Assembly: GCA_021813145.1 (NCBI GenBank)
Contig: JAKALS010000003.1
Coordinates: 105,890 to 169,889, forward strand
Length of the DNA stretch: 64,000 nt
Direction of reading: 5' to 3'
Source: a bacterium
GTDB taxonomy: Bacteria; Patescibacteriota; Microgenomatia; Levybacterales; UBA12049
Shown one piece after another: positions 43,301 through 51,128 of the stretch; the stretch's first letter is position 1; the number at the start of each line of letters is the position of its first letter. Below the pieces are notes generated by a model. That model worked only from the letters and a program-made list of their open reading frames with translations. It had not been told where the DNA came from and searched no databases. Made by a program: the position numbers and the translations under genes.

Positions 43301-44997
43301 GTATTAGTGGAATTAGTGATTGGAGGAAGTCCCTGGAGTGTTTCGGAGTTTGCAGCATAAGCCACGGTTGCAAGCTGTTGCCTTGGTGTAAGCTCGGGAG
43401 TGGTATTTACTGTTACGCCCAAAAATAGGGCAGAATTTGAGGCAAAAAGCCAGTTTGGTATTCCGCAGGGACCCGTAGGATTAGTCTGTCCTACTGGGCA
43501 CATGCCTGCATTTCCCAAAAGTACCGAAAATATTCCGTCCTGGTCGGGCTGAACTACGTCCACCTCCTGCCATAAAAGATCGCTTGAGGCACTTGCGGGA
43601 GCCTGCTTGTCGTATATGGCAAACCTTAAAGCGCTTGGAGTGGAGATGGGATTGTCCGAGTTATCGGTTAATCTTCCCTGAAAGGAAAGAATTCTTAAAG
43701 GAGCCTGTGGTATGCCCGCTGCAAACAATGGTGATTGTCTCGCCGGCGCCTGGAATAGGTTCTGGTAAAAACCGAAGCCTATTACAGCCATAAAGATTAT
43801 AAGAATGGAGTAGTGAAAATAATGGACAATTGCATAAGAGTGATATGTTTCGTACCACTTTGGTCTTTTATACCTTAGATTATACCAGGCCTTTTTATAC
43901 CAGGGAAAGTATTTTGTGGAGATATCCAGGGGAGCATAAAGCTCTTTTTTAAAATTATGGATCTCAAGAAAAGATTTAGGTTGAACTTTTTTAGGTTTTA
44001 CTTCTGAACCTTGAGTTTTCACGGTAGTGAAAATTGGCCTTCCTTTAATGATCCAGAGAACATAAGAGACACTGTTTGCAGCTTTGGCAAAAGGGAAGCT
44101 TACCAACTCATCAAAAGCATACATGATACTCTTTGATATTTTTTGTCCTAATCTGACAGGGGCAATCCTTGAATAATTGAAGTTGGAAGTAGGAGTTTCT
44201 TGATTTTGGCCTCTTGATTCCTTGATCCCTCGATTTATATTCTCTTTGAATTGTTCGATTGATAAATTTCCAGCCTGGTTGGAAATTGAAAATTGAAAAT
44301 TGGAAATTGTGGGCTGTTGAGAAATGATATCTTCCGAAGCAGCCCAAGTTAGGTATTTTCTCAAAGAGGAGAGCTTTCTGTTAACGGTAGCAGCCGAAAA
44401 GCCTCCCTGCTTAATAAGTCTTTGTTTGTATTCTTCAAGTAATGACGGGCTAATCTTACTAAGTAAATAATTATTAGTGTTTAGTTTATAGGCTGAGGAG
44501 GGGCTTTCAGCTTCAAAGACCTGCTCTATCCAGGAGAAAAACTGTTTAATATCGATGATATAGTTTTTTATAGTAAGATGCGATGCATTGTAAACGTAGA
44601 GAAAGTTTTTAAAGTCCCTCAACCGATAAGGATCGGCTTCCGGTGTTGAGGACTGACTGCTTGCTATCTCAAAAGGACTTTTTCCTATTTGGCCGTTGAG
44701 TTTAAGGAATTGGAAGAATTTCCTAAGAGAACTTAAATGACGCTCCAGCGAGCTGGGGGATAATTTAGGCTGTTGGCCGTTGGCCATTGGCTGTTGGTTT
44801 ACTTCTGTAATCGATTCCCGTCTGTATGCTTCTAAAGTTCCCGGAGTCACCAGTTGGGGAGCAAAAGCCTTTTGGTAATAAGACTCATACCAGCGTACGA
44901 AATGATTTATGTCTGATAGATAATTCTTTACCGTTACCTTAGACGGCTGGTCTTTTGATGATAATAAAAATGCTTTAAAGTCCTCTAATAAGTTCAT
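37369..44997 (-). CDS. 2542-aa fusion: two integrase core-binding (SAM-like) domains, TM helix, tail-fibre-like adhesin with chaperone/autocleavage-like domain
   Basis: T.KNY..DI..F / S.....R.LSSLRK(F/Y) twice; TM at about 43762-43830; FQGRLTD...PRQQL..VAYA; repeated VGIGT..P...LDV.G; DYAENY...ALMGRVP...GDPITSS.IPG.GMKA...GKALE. Confidence 0.85.
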   Translation of the reverse strand: MNLLEDFKAFLLSSKDQPSKVTVKNYLSDINHFVRWYESYYQKAFAPQLVTPGTLEAYRRESITEVNQQPMANGQQPKLSPSSLERHLSSLRKFFQFLKLNGQIGKSPFEIASSQSSTPEADPYRLRDFKNFLYVYNASHLTIKNYIIDIKQFFSWIEQVFEAESPSSAYKLNTNNYLLSKISPSLLEEYKQRLIKQGGFSAATVNRKLSSLRKYLTWAASEDIISQQPTISNFQFSISNQAGNLSIEQFKENINRGIKESRGQNQETPTSNFNYSRIAPVRLGQKISKSIMYAFDELVSFPFAKAANSVSYVLWIIKGRPIFTTVKTQGSEVKPKKVQPKSFLEIHNFKKELYAPLDISTKYFPWYKKAWYNLRYKRPKWYETYHSYAIVHYFHYSILIIFMAVIGFGFYQNLFQAPARQSPLFAAGIPQAPLRILSFQGRLTDNSDNPISTPSALRFAIYDKQAPASASSDLLWQEVDVVQPDQDGIFSVLLGNAGMCPVGQTNPTGPCGIPNWLFASNSALFLGVTVNTTPELTPRQQLATVAYAANSETLQGLPPITNSTNTSNVVLALDSNGNLSIGGSANPTFQATGGQFAVSGQPLLLTTNAGSNANVNITPDGLGQIALNKPLVNTSNNNNISTAKGAVEIDGLAAILATSSGQSALTINQNGSGPIVSASASGNARFTVDNSGNVNISGVYRVNGTQGLTLTNACVNTTGGIVTGTGTCPATAPAYDLYWNQTSGTNGGILFPNNSGVDFLVGGQSSASATFEILNNSLSRGNQVASVSGSLTLDSSAASIQTTKNQGLTIGGSKTGNITLAPTNSVAGSNVVPGANNVTDLGISSLNWRNIYANTYNSGSSAGQTYTNASCVNTVGGIVTGTGSCPGFGVDWWNQTGGLIYPVGNLYDFAIGGNSTSSALFSYTGIQSGHTIASVSGQLIVMPNNGYGGQIGINTTSPAPGVTLDVNGLTSINNQLNIRGTWAQIQSDTNANLELKAQGTGSLIFTPGGVQQGVFTSTGQFGIGTVPTATLDVNGAASVGGQLTFRSGTAQIQSTVNQLLTLGGNTTGNIILSPNNGTVGAAIYPSANNAVDLGSSSYQFRNIYATTYKTGSSTGQTLTNASCINTVGGIVTGSGTCSSTAGVNWWNELGGSLSPVNTTDDFLLGSTATSSALFSFTGIETGHTVASVSGNLVVMPNNGWGGLLGIGTTTPTAALTVVANSPVSTTSEKSSSMLDITTGTGGQSLYLSYDGNNNYGFIESTKTGSYVPLLLQPRGGQVGINLTTTPSYQLDVNGTVRSQQALHLGPGSGEYIQVLSGNNYDMQFFTASSERMRIQNSTGNVGIGTTLPAYPLDVNGIVNAGGFNGNGAGKNFTSFVANNPNNGYTAFASYTGSDTTPNVQIPGWSGIQFGPGGSSPLDSGITRVGSVSNTLRIDGGGSGTGNLWINGTTIVDSLGVNNGTTSNFLQFGGNSSGEGIGSKRTSGGNQNGLDLYTNNENRLAITNTGLVGIGTTAPTANLQVTGGYGSNDLLTLNQLNSGNIFSASASGLTQAYLKNDGSFYASSFYDINNPTYFLDPAATATAGAIFGSVGVGTNTPAYKLDVQGGSINTSDNFVKGGGTRAPSTDNNTYTTTSTSYIAVKTWTISVTGDRIVKRVNLQAAVAGSYYSGASITNIALSTSSNCVQRFQDTSSANTYITSYINLDVGSASPTELGHLGYNGNITLYTCISAGQTSATAYVNNETLEVVYEPIALPLTRAPSTDNNTYTTTSQSYVAVKTWTISVTGDRIVKRVNLQAAVAGSYYSGASITNIALSTSSNCVQRFQDTSSANTYITSYINLDVGSASPTELGHLGYNGNITLYTCISAGQTSATAYVNNETLEVVYANGVNEILNLPDVDLSTAGSGLGADYAENYASSQNLQPGEIVSADPSSPSLPSAVMATTSYDKSIVGIVSTNPGMVIGTDSVPNGYPIALMGRVPTNVSTINGPIKVGDPITSSQIPGVGMKATEPGQIVGKALESFDSSKCTESVSLSATNSANFGIVPSVQSACEGTILVYVNPGFYDPTPAIITAAGGIGNFVINSATGSAFVVADNLGNTIDNTGVFASAVIGNLRVGALNASNVLADAVTTNILNANQIVSPIAQIDTVHTNLISPIASGSAIALKLENNKLSIVNSNSASGSAVASIDNQGNATFSGQLSATSGQFGDATISGTLHAGKILASEIEGLPTATSSSTIVNNYYYNSTPSASPAVSSANQALSMATPSGSLNTNYLMPDTNFIDVSTMSGLLANVGNLNAQTATFTQGLMALGPSSFSDISVVGQFSVGGSLTLASNSINVLGSDLQLQPLRQGGLSVMAGLFYIDTNGNVNVGGDAMFAKNVTVKGKLSTNIISPIPGNDLSINLASDSANPIYNSKFRIQNASGAGVLSLDQNGDLMASGTATFGKLNLNFIQPAMALSSTEVVATGSAGTAQINAYQTQVTVDDPLVTANSLIYITPVGTNQNIYLLKQVPNDTVNGVKGSFTVGASGFAPGDIKFNFLIIN
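39348..40144. repeat. Tandem direct repeat, two 389-nt copies (period 408 nt, 136 aa)
   Basis: 39348-39736 and 39756-40144 are identical except for 6 substitutions within a 10-nt patch. Confidence 0.95.
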
Positions 44998-45610
44998 TTA
45001 AATCGAATAAAAGCCGTGAAAAAATATGCTGCGTGTAAAACCTGTGAAAAATCAGTATCAGCCACAAGATTATACGGATTATACGGTTTATAAGGCCTGT
45101 TTCTGACTTTTAACATACACTATTAGAATAAAGAGATTTCGGATTTTCTGTCAAGGCCTTATAGTAATTATTCATGATATAGTTCGATAATGAATGATAT
45201 AGGATAAGAATGGGATATTTGTTCATGAAAATAAAATTACATTTGAGGCTGTGAAAATAATGCAATAGAACACACTTTTCTTAAAAAACCTATCATAACA
45301 TATCAATATGTAGCAGGGTATGAAAATATGTTAATGGAGATAAATGATATATTCGTGCTCTTTTATGTTTATTTATGAAAGGAAATCTGCTTTTGAATGG
45401 GCTTATTTGATTAGAGATAACTTCATCTTAGCTTTATAATTGGCGGTTAGAAAATCTAAGTGATAACTCTTTTCATATTAGGGTTTAGATTGAGGGGACA
45501 GCTTATCTGACGGTAAGCGGTGGATATTAGAGGCTAATATTGAAATTATCTGTCTTCAAAGCCAACTTAGCTTGCTTTTTTTAATTACTATACGGATAAT
45601 TATAGCATAA

Positions 45611-46516
45611 GTGAAAAATCTGCCCAAGCTACAATCTAAAACTTATAAATTGAAGCTTAGAAGCCTCTTTTTATTTCTTTTTATATTTTATGTTTTAAGT
45701 TTTATACTTACTCCTTTTACGCAGGCAAGTTTCTCTGTTCCCGTGGAAGCCCAGGTAGGGCAGTATTACCTTAATATCTCGGGTTACATTTCGCCTTATG
45801 CCTCTATTGAGCTTACTATAGACGGAGTTTTCACAAGGGCTACCGTTGCCGACGGCCAAGGAAAATTTTCAATAACAGGAGTCTTGATAAAAGCCGGGTT
45901 TTCAAAGTTTTGCCTTGACGCTATCGATTTTAAAAGGTTAGGGGAGTCGTATACATGTTTTAACGTCCCTCCGGCCAAAAGTGACGTAAATATGGATAAT
46001 CTTTTCCTTCCGCCAACTCTTGGTCTTTCCAAAACAGAGATTGCAGCGGGGGGGGAAGTTTTAGCTTTTGGTTATACCATGCCTAACGCTCAGGTTACGA
46101 TATATCTTAGCAATGGCCAAAAACTTACTACAACTGCCGACGGAACAGGGTACTACATATTTCACATAAAAGGACTTTCGGCGGGGCAATATAATCTTTA
46201 TTCGAGGGCAAACTATCAGGGAAGGGAATCTCTTGCCCCTACCAAGACAGTAAAGCTAAGAGCTCTTTCGTTTTGGGAGCAGCTGACGGCTTTTATACAG
46301 GGAATTATAAGTAAAATCGCCAAGGCTTTAACATCATGGGCGCTTGGACCACTTTGGCTTGGATTACCAATCCTTATCCTAATTATTATACTCATCTTAA
46401 AGCTTTGGCCGGAGAAGTTTACTTTTATCTACCAGTCTCATCTTCTAATCTTTGCTACACGGGCTTTCAGACGCCCCAGGAGACCACTGCACCATCAGTG
46501 GTGGATCGGCTATTAG
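45611..46516 (+). CDS. Exported Ig-like / carboxypeptidase-regulatory-like domain protein with C-terminal TM
   Basis: Signal/TM, two ISGY.SP.A / FGYTMPNA...AD..G.(F/Y) repeats. Confidence 0.7.
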   Translation: MKNLPKLQSKTYKLKLRSLFLFLFIFYVLSFILTPFTQASFSVPVEAQVGQYYLNISGYISPYASIELTIDGVFTRATVADGQGKFSITGVLIKAGFSKFCLDAIDFKRLGESYTCFNVPPAKSDVNMDNLFLPPTLGLSKTEIAAGGEVLAFGYTMPNAQVTIYLSNGQKLTTTADGTGYYIFHIKGLSAGQYNLYSRANYQGRESLAPTKTVKLRALSFWEQLTAFIQGIISKIAKALTSWALGPLWLGLPILILIIILILKLWPEKFTFIYQSHLLIFATRAFRRPRRPLHHQWWIGY

Positions 46517-46534
46517 GCAGAGACACGGATTGCT

Positions 46535-46678
46535 TTGAAGAACTTACTTACCAGATAAAGAGGAGTGTCTTTAATATTTACAATGAGCCTTGGTTATGGT
46601 CACAAAGAACAGGCATCAAAAGCACCCGCCAATTAATTTTGGTACTTCTGACTTTTCATAAAACGGCTAATCTTATAA
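46535..46678 (+). pseudogene. Internally deleted GxxExxY-family gene remnant
   Basis: EELTYQI..SVFNIYNE, frameshift, LGYGHKEQ, then INFGTS and KRLIL C-terminal motif. Confidence 0.55.
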
Positions 46679-46715
46679 TCAGTTCTTATCGGCTCGGTGT
46701 AATGTAATTTTTTAG

Positions 46716-47750
46716 TTATTTAACCTCAGAAGGCTGGGGAGTTTCCTCTTTGGGCTCAGAAACATTCTTCTTTTTGGGAAGCTTAAGGCCATTTTTTTTC
46801 ACGTATAGCAATCCGAGTATAAGAGCGATAAGTATAAGTACTATTACGACGGTAACTTTCCAGGGGAATACCCAAAAATAAACGGTGGCCATTAAAGGAA
46901 GATTGTTATTTACTCCGTAACTTGCGGTAAGTTGCACTTTATACCTTCCAAACATCCAGTGCGTCCCGAATGTGTTTTGGTAGTCTCTGGCAGCCATGGG
47001 GAATATATTATGCTCGTCAAGCGGAAGGACAGCTTGTCTGCCAAGCATGTCGCTTACGGTAATATAACCCTTAGGTGTTATATGAAGGTCTCCGAAGTTT
47101 TTAATCTGTGTTTGTATGGTTACCGGCCCGTACTCCTGGAAAGGTGTTACCAAAAACTTGGACACTGAGGCGCTTTCTTTAATAGGTCCGTTTACGGCAA
47201 TAGAGAAGAGCGTGCCTATTTGTCCGTTGACGGTTGCCCCGGTATTCTGGTTATTGTCTTTGGGTTGGACCGGAACGAATACTACAGCAGCATAATGACC
47301 TCCCGGCCTTGCGTTTTTGGGGATTTGAATGTAGTAATTTAAATCCTGTCTTTGTTTGGGTTGTATTGTAAAGGTTTCGGGGGAAACCCCTATCCACGCT
47401 GCCGCTGAATATGTATCCATAAGAGAGTTAGGAGGAAGTATTTCCGGAGTACCTATGGTGTCGGTTACTATGAAATCGTGCATTTCGGCTTTGAATGTAA
47501 GGGGAACATCGCTGTCGTTTATTACCCCCATTGTTCCGGATCCTTGGTAACCCGGATCTCCCTGAATGGAAACGCTGGGCGGGGTTACGGTAAAAGTCTG
47601 AACAGGAAGCCCTTGGGCGAGCGCCTTGGGCGACAGGTTAAGAATTATGAATAATGAGGCAAGAATTAGGGTAAATGAAAAGTAAAAGCCTAAAATTCTG
47701 ATTTCTGTTTTTTGATTTCCGTTTTTTGACCCGGGCAGTAATTTTTTCAT
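46716..47750 (-). CDS. DUF916/WxL-interacting-like surface protein with C-terminal TM
   Basis: VTPP, AAWI....FTIQP, IPKNARPGGHYAAVVF, KNFGDLH..P.G, FGRYKV.L...YG, FWVFPW. Confidence 0.7.
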   Translation of the reverse strand: MKKLLPGSKNGNQKTEIRILGFYFSFTLILASLFIILNLSPKALAQGLPVQTFTVTPPSVSIQGDPGYQGSGTMGVINDSDVPLTFKAEMHDFIVTDTIGTPEILPPNSLMDTYSAAAWIGVSPETFTIQPKQRQDLNYYIQIPKNARPGGHYAAVVFVPVQPKDNNQNTGATVNGQIGTLFSIAVNGPIKESASVSKFLVTPFQEYGPVTIQTQIKNFGDLHITPKGYITVSDMLGRQAVLPLDEHNIFPMAARDYQNTFGTHWMFGRYKVQLTASYGVNNNLPLMATVYFWVFPWKVTVVIVLILIALILGLLYVKKNGLKLPKKKNVSEPKEETPQPSEVK

Positions 47751-47781
47751 AATTCTTAATTCATATTCTCTTCCAGCAGGG

Positions 47782-49221
47782 CTAGAAGGTTGCTGTTGCC
47801 ACATAAGAAATTGTTGTCGTATAAACACCTGCGGGTGTTGTTCCGGAAACCGCCGCAGCGTACCTTATAACTGTCTGGTCATTGGAAACAGGCCCACCGG
47901 TATACGATGTAATAGTTGCGTAGTAACTATTTGTTCCCGTATTCCATGGGTTGGTGAACAGAGCGGTGCTTGCTGAGGCACCGTTAAATACAACTCCCGA
48001 AGCTCCTCCGTAGGTAGGCGAGCTAGTGGGAACATGGGACCCGCAAGGGCTGATACCAAAATCTGCGGTTCCAGCAGTAATTCCGCCCGGAACAGGGGTG
48101 TCGTTGGCGGTTAAACTCCCTCCGTTCGCGTCGGTAAGAAAGAAACCCGATGCAGGGTTAATAAAATGTCCCGAAGAGGTCGCGGTAATGGCGTATCCGG
48201 AAGAGCCGTTGGTGGACACGGTCAGGGTTTGGCCGGAAGCATTTATATTCCCGCTGTTTAAAAGTCCGAGATTAACATTGGTAGCCGAAGCTCCGATTCC
48301 ACTGTTTGTTTTATCATTTCCTCCATTTAAAGCACAGCTTGCATTAACGCTGTTAAACGTGGTGTTATCCGGTATTCCTGCAATTGTAAAAGTTATCGTA
48401 GGCTCAACAAGAGCCTGTACCGTTACGGCTTCTATTGTTCCTACTCTTAAAGCGGCATAATCAAGGTTTACCTGGTTATTATCTTGTGTCTGTATGGTAA
48501 CCTTCCATGCATCGGCAGTCCCTGCCGGATTGTTGGGAGTCTTAGCAGGATTTATAAGCTGGGGAGTATTGGAGCCTACGGTTGCCGTAATAGTAGAGCC
48601 TCCATTCACCTGGGCAGAAGTATGACAAGTAATCGTGGGAGCGCTAACCGTAAGATTTGTACCCGTACAATTCACTCCGCCGCCCGAGAAAGTAACATTT
48701 GTATTTGCAAGATTATTAAATGAAAATCCGGTTGCGGAAGGAGAAGCTGTGTTTTGGGCAGCTCCTGGAAAGGTGATGACAATATAGCCATTTACAGGAA
48801 TTGTACTCACGGTAGTGAACTTAATTGTGTGTTTGGCCGTAACGTTTGTTATTAATACATCCCCCTGATGTCTTGATTGGGTAAATGTGTTTGTAAAATA
48901 AACAATTCTATTTGTCGAGGAAGGTACTCCAGTTGCGGACATTGAGGCTACATTAACTGCAGGAGCGGCTGTTTCGCCGGTGTCCGGATATATTACCGCA
49001 GAATCTGAAGCCAGAAAAAATGAGCCGTTATCGAAAATCTGTGCTTGCCCAGAATTTGCCGCTAAATTTGCCGAAAGAGGAGCCGCAGCCGACGGCCTCG
49101 AAGTTGTTAATGTATCAGAAACGCTTATAAGAGAAGCAGCATTGGCTTTCTGAATAAAAAGAGGCCCTATCAGAAGCAAAAATATTAACGAAAAGAATAA
49201 ATTTTTAATAATTACCTTCAT
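47782..49221 (-). CDS. Large secreted protein with C-terminal WxL-like domain
   Basis: Signal ending ANA; VEPTITFTI, LTVSTNGSSGY.IT, AGVYTTTISYVATATF; start moved to 49221. Confidence 0.7.
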   Translation of the reverse strand: MKVIIKNLFFSLIFLLLIGPLFIQKANAASLISVSDTLTTSRPSAAAPLSANLAANSGQAQIFDNGSFFLASDSAVIYPDTGETAAPAVNVASMSATGVPSSTNRIVYFTNTFTQSRHQGDVLITNVTAKHTIKFTTVSTIPVNGYIVITFPGAAQNTASPSATGFSFNNLANTNVTFSGGGVNCTGTNLTVSAPTITCHTSAQVNGGSTITATVGSNTPQLINPAKTPNNPAGTADAWKVTIQTQDNNQVNLDYAALRVGTIEAVTVQALVEPTITFTIAGIPDNTTFNSVNASCALNGGNDKTNSGIGASATNVNLGLLNSGNINASGQTLTVSTNGSSGYAITATSSGHFINPASGFFLTDANGGSLTANDTPVPGGITAGTADFGISPCGSHVPTSSPTYGGASGVVFNGASASTALFTNPWNTGTNSYYATITSYTGGPVSNDQTVIRYAAAVSGTTPAGVYTTTISYVATATF

Positions 49222-49295
49222 TTTATACGGCACTGATTTACTAAGCCCTACTATAGTATAATGCAGAACTTTTTGCGGCTTGTCAAGGACTTTTT

Positions 49296-50327
49296 TCACA
49301 CATTATTCTGTATCCGCCTGACTCTTGTGATTATTATTACAAGAATAACCGCAATGATTAAAATTGCCATTGCGGGATAAACAGGAAATGCAAAAAAACT
49401 TATTGTTCTTCTAAATAACGGACCTTGACTGGAAAGGGCAACGGTTAGGGTTGCGGTATAAGGGCCGAGTAAAAATGTCTCCGGCCAGACTGCAGCAGGA
49501 GATTTAAGCCCTGAGAAATAAGATTTAAGAGTCGGGGAAGCCTCCGCCTGTGGCCCCTGAAGCGAATCGGGAATATAACGGGCGCTATTAGCCAGTATAT
49601 TTACGGGCAAGAGATCAACTTTACCGACCGTTTGCCCGAACATATTTTTTATTTCTATGCTTCCGTCCGTCGTTATAAAATGTGTACTTGTGTTGTCGAT
49701 TTTAACGGTAAACGGAACAGGTCCGTTTGTTACGAAGGAGGGCGCCGAGAATTCCTGAATATTGCCTTGCGTTGGACCTTTGGGGCCTACTGAAAGCAGT
49801 ACATTCGTTGCTATTCCTCCCGCGGTTACAGTATTTGTAGAGTTGGTTAGGGAATTATTATCCGAAATAAATACGACAGAAAAATAATAGTCTCCCGAAG
49901 GTTCTCCGTTCGGGAGAGATATTTCAAGAGTAAGCTCTTTTTTTTGTTGAGGTGCAAGAGTAATGCTGTCTATGGGAGTATCTGCGTCGAGAATTTGCAT
50001 TTTGTCGAATATAAAAGGGTCCGCAAGAAGAGGTGAATAATCCTGAGGATAATAAACTTCTCCGTTCTGGCTTGGAGCAGCCTCGAAAGGCTTTGTTCCA
50101 ATGGAAAGTGTTACGGGCTCGGTGTCCAAGTTTTGAATTTGTAATTTTGTCTTTACATCGCTTGGAGCGGTTGCTTCAATTTGAATAACCGGAGGAAAAA
50201 TCCCCAAAGAAACGCCGGCGGCATTTGCAGTATCTAGTATTTGGTACCTGGTATTTAGTATAGAAGCGGTAAAAAGAATAACTAAGATTATCAAAGATAT
50301 TTTTATGCAAAATACGAAATGCTTCAT
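49296..50327 (-). CDS. DUF916/WxL-interacting-like surface protein with C-terminal TM
   Basis: LGIFPP, LP...PSGDYYFSVVF, LGPYTATL, FFAFP then TM; paralog of 46716-47750. Confidence 0.7.
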   Translation of the reverse strand: MKHFVFCIKISLIILVILFTASILNTRYQILDTANAAGVSLGIFPPVIQIEATAPSDVKTKLQIQNLDTEPVTLSIGTKPFEAAPSQNGEVYYPQDYSPLLADPFIFDKMQILDADTPIDSITLAPQQKKELTLEISLPNGEPSGDYYFSVVFISDNNSLTNSTNTVTAGGIATNVLLSVGPKGPTQGNIQEFSAPSFVTNGPVPFTVKIDNTSTHFITTDGSIEIKNMFGQTVGKVDLLPVNILANSARYIPDSLQGPQAEASPTLKSYFSGLKSPAAVWPETFLLGPYTATLTVALSSQGPLFRRTISFFAFPVYPAMAILIIAVILVIIITRVRRIQNNV

Positions 50328-50336
50328 ATAAAATAC

Positions 50337-51083
50337 TTAAAAACTTGGTGTTGCAATAAAGTCTATTACATTAGTATACAAGCCCGCAGCCTGAACCGCG
50401 GAAACATTAACTTTATAGGTTATCTGAACCTGTCTTCCTCGTCCTACATTCAAAGAGCTCATAACAACGGTTGCCGAAGGAGAAGCGGAAAATGGAGCAA
50501 AACTGGCTCCGTTTGAAAACCCCGGAGTACAGTCTGTCCCAGATACATTTGTACATGAATAACCGAAGCCATAGGAAAGGACATTATTCCAGGCGCCCGG
50601 ATTAGTGGTTGTACAAGTCCCGCTGTCGCAGCCCGTGTCGGGGATCATCTGTCCTTTCGAAGCCAAAAGAAGCGGATGATTTTCGGAAGCCGTTACCTGA
50701 TACCCGTATGCGGAACCGTTTGAGACCGTAAGGGTATTCGTTCTTGTTACCGGGTTAGTGGCTGTTATCGGCCCGAAATCTATATTAATCTGGGAAATGG
50801 TAAAGGTGAAAGGAATTATAGAATTTATATACTGAAAACCCGAGCGGACTTTGAAATTAGAGCCTACGTAAAGACCCGGAGCCGTTTGTCCGACCGTAAG
50901 ATTCAAAGAGAACGCGCCGTTATTGGGATGGCCGGCGGCAGTATTAAAATTGCCCATACGTATTATAAAGTTACTGTTTGACATAGTTTGAGCAGCAACG
51001 TTGCCCAAACTGAATAAGCAAATAAGCAAATAAGCAAATAAGCAGATTGTTGAAAATAGGATAAGTTTTCTAAATTTATTCAT
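50337..51083 (-). CDS. Secreted WxL-like protein
   Basis: Signal peptide; PFTFTIS...IDFG, LTVSNG.A.GYQVTA, AGLYTNVIDFIATPSF. Confidence 0.7.
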   Translation of the reverse strand: MNKFRKLILFSTICLFAYLLICLFSLGNVAAQTMSNSNFIIRMGNFNTAAGHPNNGAFSLNLTVGQTAPGLYVGSNFKVRSGFQYINSIIPFTFTISQINIDFGPITATNPVTRTNTLTVSNGSAYGYQVTASENHPLLLASKGQMIPDTGCDSGTCTTTNPGAWNNVLSYGFGYSCTNVSGTDCTPGFSNGASFAPFSASPSATVVMSSLNVGRGRQVQITYKVNVSAVQAAGLYTNVIDFIATPSF

Positions 51084-51128
51084 TTAGAGTCAGGATTTAT
51101 TTGCATATTTATCATTTGTAGTATTTGC

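Noticed and set aside
37369-44997. Active integrase marking a prophage
   Set aside because: No catalytic recombinase domain, no att duplication seen, and no capsid, terminase or portal genes nearby
45180-45210. dif-like site AGTTCGATAATGAATGATATAGGATAA near the Xer-like domains
   Set aside because: The right arm matches the XerD consensus poorly and the site is not palindromic enough to call
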